Shown: positions 9,962-19,917 of the stretch, one piece after another
Layout: the number at the start of each line of letters is the position of its first letter
Numbering within the stretch: the first letter of the stretch is position 1
Origin: an uncultured Anaerolineae bacterium
GTDB taxonomy: Bacteria > Chloroflexota > Anaerolineae > Fen-1058
Direction of reading: 5' to 3'
Assembly (NCBI GenBank): GCA_964398185.1
Contig: CAYNML010000024.1
Location: 6,790-70,789 of the forward strand
DNA: 64,000 nt
Notes under the pieces: model-generated
The model's database searches: none
The model's input: the letters and a program-made list of their open reading frames with translations, nothing else
Told to the model about the DNA's origin: nothing
Position numbers and translations under genes: made by a program

Positions 9962-10192
9962 GCGCGGAGCGATCGCCCGCGGAGGCGCCGCCGGCCAGTC
10001 GGACGTGGCGAAAGCGCCCCGGTGCGCGGGTATCTATGACGGTTTTCTCCTCAGGCAGCGCGCCAAAGTCCATCCTCCCCTCGGTACAATGAAAACAATA
10101 CTCAGACTTGGAGTGGCGCGAAGCCGGAGTTTTTGAGAAGATGGGGGCGGCGGCTGGCCCGGCCAGTCGATCCCATTTAAGGTAAGCCAATC

Positions 10193-11182
10193 ATGGAAAC
10201 CATCGGCAACACTCTTCCTCCCCCCGTCAGCACCAGTCCGGCAGCCACTTTGGCGCCGGCCGCGTGGCGTCTGCGGCTGCGCGGTCTGCGCCGCGCCATC
10301 TGGAAGCACCGCACCATTTACGTGTTGATGGCCTTGCCGCTGTTGTACTTCCTTGTGTTCAAGTACTGGCCGTTGTGGAATACGCAAATCGCATTTAAAG
10401 ACTTTAAGCCCTTGCTGGGCGTCGAGGCCAGCCCCTTCGTCGGCTTCAAGCATTTCGAGGCCTTCTTCAAGTCATTCTACTTCAGCCAATTGTTGATCAA
10501 CACGCTGATCTTCAGCCTGGCCAAGTTGATCCTGGGTATGCCGCTGGCCATCATTCTGGCGCTGGCGATCTACGAGAGTTCGTTCCGCTTCCTGCGCAAG
10601 ATCACGCAGACCATGGCCTACCTGCCGCACTTCCTGTCGTGGGTGATTATCTACGGCGTGCTGCTGGCGCTGTTGTCGCCGGGCAGCGGCCTGGTCAACG
10701 AGATCATCAAGGCGGCCGGCAACAACCCGATCGCGTTTCTCACCTCGCCGCAATATTTCCGCTGGGTCGTCATCGGATCGGACATCTGGAAAGAGACGGG
10801 CTGGAGCACCATCATTTATCTGGCCGCGCTCCTGTCGATCGATCCGGTGCTGTTCGAAGCCGCCGCGGTGGACGGCGCCTCGCGCCTGCAGCGCATTCGG
10901 CACATCTCGCTGCCGGGCATCGCCAGTGTCATCGTGGTGGTGACGCTGCTGCGGCTGGGCAATATTCTGGACGCGGGCTTCGGCCAGATCTTTGTGTTGT
11001 ACTCGCTGCCGGTGTACAGCGTCGGCGACATCATCGATACGTGGGTCTACCGCCAGGGCATTCTGGAATTCCAGTTTAGTCTGGCCACGGCCGTCGGCCT
11101 GTTCAAGGGGTTGATCGGGTTGGGGTTGATCTTCTTCTCCAACAAGATCGCCAGGCGGTTGGCCGGCACAGGGCTGTACTAA
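10193..11182 (+). CDS. Carbohydrate ABC permease, LplB/YteP-like
   Basis: YLPHFLSWV, SDIWKETGWSTIIYLAAL..ID..LFEAAAVDGASR (EAA loop), DIIDTWVYR. Confidence 0.92.
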   Translation: METIGNTLPPPVSTSPAATLAPAAWRLRLRGLRRAIWKHRTIYVLMALPLLYFLVFKYWPLWNTQIAFKDFKPLLGVEASPFVGFKHFEAFFKSFYFSQLLINTLIFSLAKLILGMPLAIILALAIYESSFRFLRKITQTMAYLPHFLSWVIIYGVLLALLSPGSGLVNEIIKAAGNNPIAFLTSPQYFRWVVIGSDIWKETGWSTIIYLAALLSIDPVLFEAAAVDGASRLQRIRHISLPGIASVIVVVTLLRLGNILDAGFGQIFVLYSLPVYSVGDIIDTWVYRQGILEFQFSLATAVGLFKGLIGLGLIFFSNKIARRLAGTGLY

Positions 11183-11195
11183 CCGGGGGCGCGTC

Positions 11196-12074
11196 ATGAC
11201 TCGCTTTAGATCGTGGGACGAAATCGGCTTTCAGTTTCTGGTCAACGCCTTCCTGTTGGGTGTGCTGCTCGTGGTGATCATCCCGTTGTGGCGGGTGATC
11301 ATGATGTCGGTCACACCCATTGGCAACATGGACAACGGCACGTTCGGCATGTGGATCAATCCGGCCCAGTGGTCATTTGAGGCTTTCTCGCAGCTGCTGA
11401 CGCATCCCAACTTTCTGCGCTCGCTGGGCAATAGCGTGTTCATCACTGTTGTTGGAACGGCTTTCAACCTGCTGATGACCATTCCGCTGGCTTACGCGTT
11501 GTCGGTCCCCACGCTGCCGGGGCGCCGGCTGTTCATCGGCTTCATCCTGTTCACCTTCCTGTTCAATCCGGGTCTGGTGCCGACCTATCTGGTCGTGACC
11601 AGGCTGGGCCTGCGCGACAGCTTTGCCGCCGTGATTCTGCCCACGGCGATCAGTGTTTACAACACGCTGGTCATGAAGAGTTTCTTTGAGGGGCTGCCGG
11701 AGGATTTGAAAGAAGCGGCGCGCATCGACGGCGCGAGCGAATTGCAGGTGCTGGCGCAGGTCATCCTGCCGCTGTCGCGGCCCATCATCCTGACCATCGG
11801 CATGTTCTACGCCGTCTCACACTGGAACGAATTCTTTGCGCCCATTCTGTATCTGGATAACGCCGACCTGATGCCGCTGCCGGTGCTGCTGCGCAACATC
11901 CTGCTGTCGGCAGGCGTCAACGAATATATTGAGTACGACGCCTTCAGTTCGGCGCCTGTGGAAGCGATCAAAGCCGCCGGTGTCATGCTGACCATGCTGC
12001 CGATGATCTTCCTGTACCCGTGGATTCAGCGCTACTTCACCAAGGGTACGCTGAGCGGGGCTGTTAAGCAATAA
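11196..12074 (+). CDS. Carbohydrate ABC permease, LplC/YtcP-like
   Basis: FNPGLVPTYLVV..LGL, EDLKEAARIDGASE, YPWIQRYFTKGTLSGAVK. Confidence 0.92.
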   Translation: MTRFRSWDEIGFQFLVNAFLLGVLLVVIIPLWRVIMMSVTPIGNMDNGTFGMWINPAQWSFEAFSQLLTHPNFLRSLGNSVFITVVGTAFNLLMTIPLAYALSVPTLPGRRLFIGFILFTFLFNPGLVPTYLVVTRLGLRDSFAAVILPTAISVYNTLVMKSFFEGLPEDLKEAARIDGASELQVLAQVILPLSRPIILTIGMFYAVSHWNEFFAPILYLDNADLMPLPVLLRNILLSAGVNEYIEYDAFSSAPVEAIKAAGVMLTMLPMIFLYPWIQRYFTKGTLSGAVKQ

Positions 12075-12193
12075 CCGTGTTGCTTCTCTGTCACCACAGC
12101 GCGAGGAGGTGGAGCACGCCGGACAGACTTAACCCCATACGCCAGGTAATCGATTTCGTCTCTGATCCAACAACCTTTCTCTGGAGGAGTAAG

Positions 12194-13885
12194 ATGACCA
12201 AGCAGCTGTACAAACTCACGTTGTTCGTTGTGTTGTTGTCCCTGTTGCTGGCCGCCTGCCAACCGGCCGCCGCTCCGGCGCCGGCGCAGCCCACGGCGGC
12301 GGCGACCAAGGAAGTTGCGCCCCCCACGGCTGAGCCGGTGAAGCCCACCGAACCACCCGCGGCGCCGCCGCCCACCGAACCGCCCGCGCCGGCAGAGCCT
12401 GTTGATCTGGAAATCTGGGTCGGCGCGGCCGTCAGCGAAGCCGGGCCGCCGCCCGATGACTGGGTGGTGTATGACATCGTGCGCGACAAGCTGGGCATTA
12501 ACCTGAAGGTCGTGCTGCTGCCCACCGCGCAAAGCGATGCCGACGCCAAGATCAACGCCGCCGGCGCAGCCAATTCGCTGCCCGATCTGGTGCAGGTTAA
12601 CCGCGAGCCGTGGTACCGTCTGGTGCAGAATGGCCTGGTGGCGCCCGTCGACGACATGCTGCCCCTGATGCCAAACCGCACCAAGGTTCTTTACACTGAC
12701 GAAATCCGCAACAAGCTGGTGACGCTGGACGGCAAGATGTACGGCCTGCCCCAGCCCGGCGCCCTGCCGCGCACCGACGCGCTGGTCATCCGCAAGGACT
12801 GGCTGGACAAGCTGGGTCTGGAAATGCCCAAGACGCTGGAAGACTTCATGGCGGTCGCCAAAGCCTTCACCGAGCAAGACCCGGACGGCAACGGCAAGCA
12901 GGATACCTATGGTCTGTGCGCCTACATGGAGTCTGAAGGCGCTGGCGCCCTGTCCGGTCTGGGCAAACGCTTTGAATGGGTCTTCGGCGCGTACGGCATG
13001 AATGGCGGCTGGAATTTATCCAGCGCGGATAACTTTGCCATGAACGTGCGCAATCCCAACTTCATGAAAGCGTTGGAGTACCTCAAGTCCTTGAACGATG
13101 CCGGCGTGATCGATCCGGACTGGCCGACCCTGAAGAAGGACGAGTACCGCGCTCGCTGGAAGCAAGGCAAGTGCGGCATCATGAACGAGAACTTTGCCGC
13201 GCTCTCAACCAAGGCGAACTACGCCGACTTCGACAAGAACTTCCCTGACGGCGAGTGGGTCGTGCTGCCGCCGCCAACCGGCCCCGAAGGCAAGAGCTCG
13301 GTGGGCGTTGACATGCAGAACGCCCGCATCTACGCCGTGTCGCAGAAGGCTGTCGATGAGGGCAAGCAAGAAGCCATCGCCAGACTGTTGGAGTGGATGT
13401 CCAGCGACGAAGGCTACTATCTGTTAGGCTTCGGGCAGGAAGGCATCAATTACAAGAAGGACGACCAGGGCTTTGTGACCACCAAGGGCATCGAGCCGCC
13501 CGAGAACGCCTACTCGCACAAGTCGCAGCAGCCGTTGACTCAGCTGCGCAATATGGTGTTCAACAACAACGAGATCGAACTGAAGGCCCGCTACGTCGAC
13601 TACAAGACTCAGAACGGTCGCACCATGAGCCCGCTGAAGTTTCTGGCTGAGTATCGCGCACTGCCCTGGATGGAAGGCACTGGCACAGCCATCATCAACC
13701 CGCCACCCGGCGGCGCCGACTTCACCCGCTTCTACAACGAGAACCTGGTGAAGTTCGTGCTCGGCCAGCTGCCGTTGAACGAACAGACCTGGGCTGAGTT
13801 CATCGCCGGGCTGGACGGCCTGGGCGCCAAAGAGTACGAAGCGCAGGCCAAGGAAACCCTGCAAAACAGCGGTTTCCTGCCGTAA
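12194..13885 (+). CDS. Extracellular solute-binding lipoprotein, LplA/YtcQ-like (oligogalacturonide/rhamnogalacturonide candidate)
   Basis: GGAGG RBS then ATG at 12194; lipobox LLAAC; Pro-rich linker; IRKDWLDKLGLEMPKTLEDF and DPDGNGKQDTYG motifs. Confidence 0.9.
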   Translation: MTKQLYKLTLFVVLLSLLLAACQPAAAPAPAQPTAAATKEVAPPTAEPVKPTEPPAAPPPTEPPAPAEPVDLEIWVGAAVSEAGPPPDDWVVYDIVRDKLGINLKVVLLPTAQSDADAKINAAGAANSLPDLVQVNREPWYRLVQNGLVAPVDDMLPLMPNRTKVLYTDEIRNKLVTLDGKMYGLPQPGALPRTDALVIRKDWLDKLGLEMPKTLEDFMAVAKAFTEQDPDGNGKQDTYGLCAYMESEGAGALSGLGKRFEWVFGAYGMNGGWNLSSADNFAMNVRNPNFMKALEYLKSLNDAGVIDPDWPTLKKDEYRARWKQGKCGIMNENFAALSTKANYADFDKNFPDGEWVVLPPPTGPEGKSSVGVDMQNARIYAVSQKAVDEGKQEAIARLLEWMSSDEGYYLLGFGQEGINYKKDDQGFVTTKGIEPPENAYSHKSQQPLTQLRNMVFNNNEIELKARYVDYKTQNGRTMSPLKFLAEYRALPWMEGTGTAIINPPPGGADFTRFYNENLVKFVLGQLPLNEQTWAEFIAGLDGLGAKEYEAQAKETLQNSGFLP

Positions 13886-13911
13886 GTCTGAAAGCACCAG
13901 ACAGCGCAACC

Positions 13912-13943
13912 AGTATCGGGCGGCCCCTCAGCCGCCCGATACT
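13912..13943 (+). terminator. Stem-loop (terminator or mRNA stabiliser) after the SBP gene
   Basis: Perfect 13-bp stem AGTATCGGGCGGC / GCCGCCCGATACT with a 6-nt loop; no U-tract. Confidence 0.6.
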
Positions 13944-13970
13944 CTAACCATAGCGCACAGGGCAGCTGAC

Positions 13971-14501
13971 GTGGAATCTCGCCCGATAATCTCAGAACTC
14001 AAGATTGCCTATCTCGGCGGCGGCAGCCGCGAGTGGGCGCGCCAGCTGATGATCGATCTGGCGCTGTGCCCCGAGCTCGGCGGACACGTGGCGCTCTATG
14101 ACATCGATCGAGAAGCAGCCGCTCTCAACGAGCAGTTGGGCAACTGGCTGCAAGAGCAGCCAGGGGTAGTGTCGCGCTGGCGGTATGAAGTCGCGCCCGT
14201 GCTGGAAGAGGCTGTGCGCGGCCTGCGGTCAGCCACCCTCTATGCAGAATTTGCACGCGTCCTCGCGGCGATCTGTCCGCGAGCGTGGATCATCAACTAC
14301 ACTAATCCGCTGACAATTTGCCCGCGCACGCTGACGCGCGTGGCGCCGGCGCTCAAAGTCTTCGGCTGCTGCCATGAAGTGTACGCCACGCAGCGGATGC
14401 TGGCTGGCGTCGTCAAGCAATCTCTCGACGTCACCCCGACCCGCGCCCAGATCAAAGTAAACGTGCTGGGCCTCAATCATTTTACGTGGAATGTCAACTA
14501 A
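13971..14501 (+). pseudogene. GH4 alpha-galacturonidase (LplD-like) remnant with internal deletion and C-terminal truncation
   Basis: KIAYLGGGS, LYDID, INYTNP, GCCHEV and GLNHFTW motifs of GH4 are present. The ADFV...GDT.GPGG segment is missing, and the ORF stops at 176 aa. Confidence 0.85.
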
Positions 14502-14516
14502 TCTTTCGAGGACAGC

Positions 14517-15662
14517 ATGCAGACCGATCTCCCCACTCTACCCGCGACGCTGATCGATCAAGCGTGGTCGGTGCGCATGGCCGATTCGGCCATCGCACGC
14601 TATTCGCCCGATCAGGCCAAGTGGCACTACGAACACGGCCTGCTGCTGAAGTCGATCGAGGCGGTGTGGCGCGCGACCGGCGCGGTGAAGTACTGGCACT
14701 TCATTCACGACATACTCGATCTGTTTATCGACGCCGACGGCGACATCCGCACGTATCAACTTGAAGAATACAACCTCGATCAGATCAATCCCGGCAAAGT
14801 CTTGTTTCCACTCTGGCACTCGACCGGCGATCACCGTTACGTCATGGCGCTGCACCGGCTGCGCCGGCAATTGGCCAACCAGCCGCGCACGCAATCGGGC
14901 GGCTTCTGGCACAAGCAGATCTACCCGAATCAAATGTGGTTGGACGGCATCTTTATGGCCGCGCCGTTCTACGCCGAGTACGCCCTCACCTTCAACGAAC
15001 CGTCAGGCTTTGACGACGTGACACACCAGATTGTCCTGCTCGCCGAGCACGCGCGCGATCCGCAGACCGGTCTGCTGTATCATGCCTGGGATGAAAGCAA
15101 ACAGCAGCAGTGGGCCAATCCTCTCACCGGTTGTTCGCCGCATTTCTGGGGCCGCGCCCTGGGCTGGTATGCGATGGCGCTGGTCGATGTGCTGGACTAC
15201 CTGCCGCGCGACCACGCCGCCCGATCGACCCTCATTGCGATCTTGAACCAGCTGGTCGAAGCCGTCGCGCAGGTACAAGATCAGACGACGGGGCTGTGGT
15301 ATCAAGTGCTCGACCAGGGATCGCGCGCCGGCAACTATCTGGAAGCTTCCGCCTCGTGCATGTTCGTGTATGCGATTGCGAAAGCCGTGCGGAAGGTTTA
15401 CGTGCCGATCGAGCAGCTGGCGATCGCGCAGCGCGGTTATCAAGGGATCATTACTCAATTGGTGTCGATCGACGATCGGGGCGGCGTGAATCTTGCCGGC
15501 GTGTGCAGTGTGGCCGGCCTGGGCGGCGATCCGTATCGTGATGGATCGTATGAGTACTACGTCAAAGAGCCGGTCAGAACCAATGATCTCAAAGGCGTCG
15601 GCCCGTTCATGCTGGCTGCCGTCGAAATGGAAGACGCGCACCAGAACGGACGGATTAAATGA
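14517..15662 (+). CDS. GH105 unsaturated rhamnogalacturonyl/galacturonyl hydrolase (YteR-like)
   Basis: WHYEHG, GGFWHKQIYPNQMWLDG, GLLYHAWDE, FWGRALGW, LEASAS, NDLKGVGPF. Confidence 0.93.
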   Translation: MQTDLPTLPATLIDQAWSVRMADSAIARYSPDQAKWHYEHGLLLKSIEAVWRATGAVKYWHFIHDILDLFIDADGDIRTYQLEEYNLDQINPGKVLFPLWHSTGDHRYVMALHRLRRQLANQPRTQSGGFWHKQIYPNQMWLDGIFMAAPFYAEYALTFNEPSGFDDVTHQIVLLAEHARDPQTGLLYHAWDESKQQQWANPLTGCSPHFWGRALGWYAMALVDVLDYLPRDHAARSTLIAILNQLVEAVAQVQDQTTGLWYQVLDQGSRAGNYLEASASCMFVYAIAKAVRKVYVPIEQLAIAQRGYQGIITQLVSIDDRGGVNLAGVCSVAGLGGDPYRDGSYEYYVKEPVRTNDLKGVGPFMLAAVEMEDAHQNGRIK

Positions 15663-17170
15663 TCGATGTGCGCGCCTACGGCGCAGCCGGTAATGGCTGC
15701 ACACTCGACACACCCGCCCTGCAAGCGGCCATCGACGCGTGCCACACGCAGGGCGGCGGCACGGTCAACGTGCCGGCCGGCCGCTACGTCACCGGCGCGA
15801 TCTTTCTGCGCGACGACATCACGCTGCACCTGGAAGCAGGCGCGATCTTGTTGGGCAGCGAAGACCTCGCCGACTATCCCATCATCAACGGCCGGTGGGA
15901 AGGCGCAGAGCAGTCCACGTATGCCTCGTTGATCACGGGCGCGAATCTGCGCAATATTGCCGTCACCGGGCGCGGCGCCATCGACGGGCGCGGCGCGCAC
16001 TGGTGGCGGCGCTTTACGGACAAGACTCTGGCGCATCCGCGCCCGCGCCTCATCGCCTTTGCCAATTGCGACAATGTTCTCATTGAAGGCATCACCGCGA
16101 TCAATTCACCCAGTTGGACGATCAACCCGGTGCGCTGCGAGAACGTCACCATTCACGGCGTCTCAATCATCAACCCGGCGGACTCCCCCAACACCGATGG
16201 CATCAATCCCGATTCATGCCGCCTGGTGCACATCTCCGACTGCTACGTCAGCGTTGGCGACGATTGCGTCACGATCAAATCCGGCGTCGAAACGGAAGAC
16301 GCCGACCAGCGCGCGCCGTGCGAAAACGTCACCATCACCAACTGCACCATGGCGCACGGGCACGGCGGCGTGGTCATCGGCAGCGAGATGAGCGGCGGCG
16401 TGCGCAACGTCGTCATCTCCAACTGCGTGTTCATCGGCACCGATCGCGGCCTGCGTTTCAAATCGCGGCGCGGACGCGGCGGCGTGGTGGAAGATATTCG
16501 CATCAGCAACATCGTCATGACCGACGTGTTGTGCCCCATCACGCTGAATCTGTACTACGCCTGCGGCGCGTGGGGCGACACCGTCGTTTCCGACAAGCAG
16601 CCGCATCCGGTCACGGCCGACACGCCGCAGTTCCGCCGCATTCATTTCAGTCACATCACGGCGCGCGACGCGAAATATGCGGCCGCCTTCCTGTATGGTC
16701 TGGCCGAGATGCCGGTCGAAGACATCACGTTAAGCGATATTACAATCTCGTTGTCGCCTGACGCCGCGCCGGGTTATCCGGAAATGGCCGACGATATGGA
16801 CTTGATGCAGCGCGCCGGGTTCTTCGTGCGCAACGCGCGCGGGCTGCGCCTGCACCAGGTCGAAATCAGCGGGCAGACGGGCGCGGCCTTTCACGTGATC
16901 GATTCGTCGGAGGTGGAACTGAGCGGCTGCGCGACGCGCACGCCGGATCTCAAACACCCGATCGTTCAACTCGATAATGTCGATCATGCCTTTGTGCATG
17001 GCTGCCGCGCCAATTCCGGCGCGCCGGTTTTCCTGCAGGTGGACGGCGAGCGTTCGGCTGACATCGTGCTGCGCGGTAATCGCCTGTCGTGTCCACAGCC
17101 CGTCGCGCTGGGCGCCGCTGTTCAAGCGGACACGGTGCAGTCCGATGAAATTCTGTGGAGGACTTCATGA
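15659..17170 (+). CDS. GH28 polygalacturonase (no signal peptide; probably a cytoplasmic exo-acting enzyme)
   Basis: NTDG, GDD, GHGG and RFKS catalytic motifs (PNTDGINPD, VGDDCVTIKSG, HGHGGVVIGSEMSGG, GLRFKS). Confidence 0.93.
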   Translation: MIDVRAYGAAGNGCTLDTPALQAAIDACHTQGGGTVNVPAGRYVTGAIFLRDDITLHLEAGAILLGSEDLADYPIINGRWEGAEQSTYASLITGANLRNIAVTGRGAIDGRGAHWWRRFTDKTLAHPRPRLIAFANCDNVLIEGITAINSPSWTINPVRCENVTIHGVSIINPADSPNTDGINPDSCRLVHISDCYVSVGDDCVTIKSGVETEDADQRAPCENVTITNCTMAHGHGGVVIGSEMSGGVRNVVISNCVFIGTDRGLRFKSRRGRGGVVEDIRISNIVMTDVLCPITLNLYYACGAWGDTVVSDKQPHPVTADTPQFRRIHFSHITARDAKYAAAFLYGLAEMPVEDITLSDITISLSPDAAPGYPEMADDMDLMQRAGFFVRNARGLRLHQVEISGQTGAAFHVIDSSEVELSGCATRTPDLKHPIVQLDNVDHAFVHGCRANSGAPVFLQVDGERSADIVLRGNRLSCPQPVALGAAVQADTVQSDEILWRTS

Positions 17171-18198
17171 AAGTGGTGACGTTTGGCGAAATCATGCTGC
17201 GGCTCGCGCCGCCGGGCTTTCAGCGCTTCACGCAGGCCCGATCGTTCGACATGCTCTATGGCGGCGGCGAGGCGAACGTGGCCGTGTCGCTGGCGAACTA
17301 TGGCGCAACAGCCGAGTTCGTGACGCGTCTGCCCAAGCATGAACTCGGTGAAGCGTGTCTCGCTTCACTGCGATCGTATGGCGTGCGTACCGAGCACATC
17401 GTGCGTGGCGGCGATCGGTTGGGCATCTACTTCCTCGAAACGGGTGCCGCGCAGCGCGCCAGCAAAGTGATCTACGACCGGGCCGGATCGAGTTTTGCGA
17501 CGATGCAGCCGGGCATGGTGGAGTGGAACTCGGTCTTCGACGGTGCGGACTGGTTTCATTGGACGGGCATCACGCCCGCCGTGTCACAGGGCGCGGCCGA
17601 AGCCTGCCGTGAAGCGATTGCGATTGCGCGGCAGAAAGGGCTGACCGTCTCGTGCGATATGAACTATCGCGCCAAATTGTGGAAGTGGGGCAAGTCCGCC
17701 GGTGAGGTGATGAGTGATCTCGTGGCGCAGTGCGACGTTGCCATCGGCAACGAAGAAGACGCCGAAAAGGTCTTCGGCATCACAGCGCCGGAGTCGGATG
17801 TGACGGCGGGCAAAGTGGATGCGGAACACTACCGCTTCGTGTGCGAAGAACTGGTGAAGCGTTTCCCGGCGCTGCATACTGTGGCGATCACATTGCGCGG
17901 ATCACTCTCGGCCAGTCACAATACGTGGTCGGGTGTGTTATGGGACAAGGGGCAGTTCTTCACCGCGCCCACCTATGACATCGCGCCGATTGTCGATCGC
18001 GTCGGCGGCGGTGATTCATTCATGGGCGGGTTGATCTACGGTCTGCGCAAATTTGCGGACGATCCGGGCAAGGCGCTGCGCTTTGCGGTGGCCGCCTCGT
18101 GCTTGAAGCACAGCATTCTGGGCGACTTCAACGCGGTGAGCGTGGCCGAAGTAGAGCAGCTCATGGCCGGTGATGCGTCGGGGCGTGTGTCAAGATAA
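17167..18198 (+). CDS. kdgK: 2-dehydro-3-deoxygluconokinase (PfkB family)
   Basis: VVTFGEIMLRL, GGGEANVAVSLA, DMNYRAKLW, DRVGGGDSFMGGLIYG. ATGA overlap with the GH28 gene. Confidence 0.92.
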   Translation: MKVVTFGEIMLRLAPPGFQRFTQARSFDMLYGGGEANVAVSLANYGATAEFVTRLPKHELGEACLASLRSYGVRTEHIVRGGDRLGIYFLETGAAQRASKVIYDRAGSSFATMQPGMVEWNSVFDGADWFHWTGITPAVSQGAAEACREAIAIARQKGLTVSCDMNYRAKLWKWGKSAGEVMSDLVAQCDVAIGNEEDAEKVFGITAPESDVTAGKVDAEHYRFVCEELVKRFPALHTVAITLRGSLSASHNTWSGVLWDKGQFFTAPTYDIAPIVDRVGGGDSFMGGLIYGLRKFADDPGKALRFAVAASCLKHSILGDFNAVSVAEVEQLMAGDASGRVSR

Positions 18199-18203
18199 AT
18201 CGT

Positions 18204-18268
18204 GAAGGATGAAGGATGAGGGATGAAGGTCGGTTTTCTTCATCCTTCCGCCTTCCTCTTTCATCCTT
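18204..18268. repeat. Heptamer-based inverted repeat (GGATGAA)n / (TTCATCC)n, intergenic
   Basis: GAAGGATGAAGGATGAGGGATGAAGG ... CTTCATCCTTCCGCCTTCCTCTTTCATCCTT read directly. Confidence 0.75.
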
Positions 18269-18279
18269 AAAGGAGTGGT

Positions 18280-18954
18280 ATGGCACGCTTTATGCGCTTG
18301 GATGTGACGAATACTTTATTGGACATCGGCCTCGTCCCGCTGTTTTATCACGGCGAAGTCGAGACGGCGCTTGACGTCATTGCAGCCTGTGCGCGGGGTG
18401 GTGCTCGTGTGCTCGAGTTCACCAATCGGGGCGAGCTGGCCTACCCGGTCTTCAGCGAACTGGTGAAGCACTTTGCCACAGCCGATCCATCGATCGTGCT
18501 GGGCATCGGCTCGATCATGGATGCGCCCACCGCGGCGTTGTATCTGGCCGCCGGGGCGAACTTCATCGTGGGGCCGAGCTTCAATCCCGAAGTGGCGAAG
18601 CTGTGCAATCGCCGCAAGGTGCTCTACATCCCCGGCACGGCGACGGCTACTGAGATCGTGACCGCCGAGGAATACGGCGCGGAAATCTGCAAGGTTTTTC
18701 CGGGTGACACGTTAGGCCCCGGCTTCATCAAGGCCGTGTTGGCGCCGTGCCCCTGGCATCGCTTGCTGCCGACGGGCGGCGTCGATGCGACGGAAGCCAG
18801 CATCGGCGAATGGATCAAAGCGGGCGCGGCGGCTGTGGGACTGGGCAGCAAGCTGATCACGGCGGAAGCCATCAAGGCGCGCGACTTCGACGGCATCGCC
18901 ACGAAAGTAGCGCAGTGTATCGGCTGGATTCAAAAGGCGCGCGGCACGCGGTAA
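18280..18954 (+). CDS. eda: KDPG / KHG aldolase
   Basis: LEFTNRG, GANFIVGP, PGTATATEI, KVFPG, LLPTGGV, AVGLGSKL; follows kdgK. Confidence 0.92.
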   Translation: MARFMRLDVTNTLLDIGLVPLFYHGEVETALDVIAACARGGARVLEFTNRGELAYPVFSELVKHFATADPSIVLGIGSIMDAPTAALYLAAGANFIVGPSFNPEVAKLCNRRKVLYIPGTATATEIVTAEEYGAEICKVFPGDTLGPGFIKAVLAPCPWHRLLPTGGVDATEASIGEWIKAGAAAVGLGSKLITAEAIKARDFDGIATKVAQCIGWIQKARGTR

Positions 18955-18995
18955 TTCCATATCAACTGTCGTGGCTGGCGAAGAAATAGAAGTCA

Positions 18996-19055
18996 ATCCA
19001 CGAAGGCCACGAAGGAACACTAAGGCTTTGGACATTCTTCGTGCTCTTCGTGGAT
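18996..19055. repeat. REP-like inverted repeat built on CACGAAG / CTTCGTG units
   Basis: ATCCACGAAGGCCACGAAG ... CTTCGTGCTCTTCGTGGAT. Confidence 0.7.
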
Positions 19056-19098
19056 CAAAATGTTGTTGTGCAGACCACTGTCTGAAGGAGATTGAGAG

Positions 19099-19917
19099 AT
19101 GAAATACCATTCGCTGTTGACGGCCAATGCCGGATTGAATCCCCTGCCCTTTAACGCCTGCAAGTTGCTGGACTTCTGCCTGCTCAAGTTGGCGGCCAGC
19201 GCAACCTACGCAGCCGCAACGCCCGATCGAGAAATCCTGGCAGTGATCCTGGGCGGCAAAGCCACGTTTGAGATCGACGGCCAGCGCTTCGAGAAAGTGG
19301 GCGGACGGCCCAATGTATTTTCCGGCAAGCCGCACGCAGTCTACATCCCGGCAGGCGCCAAGTTCAGCGTCCATGCAGAGAGCGCAGTGGAGATCGCTTT
19401 GCCCAGTGCGCCCAGCGATGCGGCCATCGAGCCATACGTGATCACACCGGCGCAAGTGGCGCACGGCGTGTGGGGCGCGGCCAACTTTAAGCGCAGCTAT
19501 CATCAAATTTTGACGCTGGCTTCGCAGCCTGAACTGCCCGCGCGCCGCTTGATCGTTGGCGAGACATTCACGCCCAGCGGCAATTGGAGCACCTATCCGC
19601 CGCACAAACATCAAGTGGACGATCTGCCGCGCGAGGCGTATCACGAAGAGATGTATTACTTCAAGGTCAATCCCGCGGACGGCTTCGGCCTCTGCCACTA
19701 TTACAACGAAGAAGGCGAAGAAGAAAACTTCACCGTGCGCGATAACAGCCTGCACATGCTGCCGCGCGGTTATCACACGGTCGTCAGCGCGCCGGGCTAC
19801 ACCACGTATTACCTATGGTTCCTGGCGGGCCATCAACGGGTGCAGGCCACGGTGGACGATGCCGCGTTGGGCTGGGTCAGCCGCACCGTCGCGATGTTGA
19901 AAGAGTTGGGACACTAA
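19099..19917 (+). CDS. IolB-type (KduI/IolB family) uronate isomerase; probably acts as 5-keto-4-deoxyuronate isomerase here
   Basis: GETFTPSGNWSTYPPHKH, EEMYYFK and PRGYHTVVSAPGY..YYLW motifs of IolB; sits between eda and kduD. Confidence 0.8.
   Translation: MKYHSLLTANAGLNPLPFNACKLLDFCLLKLAASATYAAATPDREILAVILGGKATFEIDGQRFEKVGGRPNVFSGKPHAVYIPAGAKFSVHAESAVEIALPSAPSDAAIEPYVITPAQVAHGVWGAANFKRSYHQILTLASQPELPARRLIVGETFTPSGNWSTYPPHKHQVDDLPREAYHEEMYYFKVNPADGFGLCHYYNEEGEEENFTVRDNSLHMLPRGYHTVVSAPGYTTYYLWFLAGHQRVQATVDDAALGWVSRTVAMLKELGH

Noticed and set aside
12077-12193. 39-aa N-terminal extension of the SBP in the ORF track
   Set aside because: A strong GGAGG RBS and a proper lipoprotein signal start at ATG 12194.
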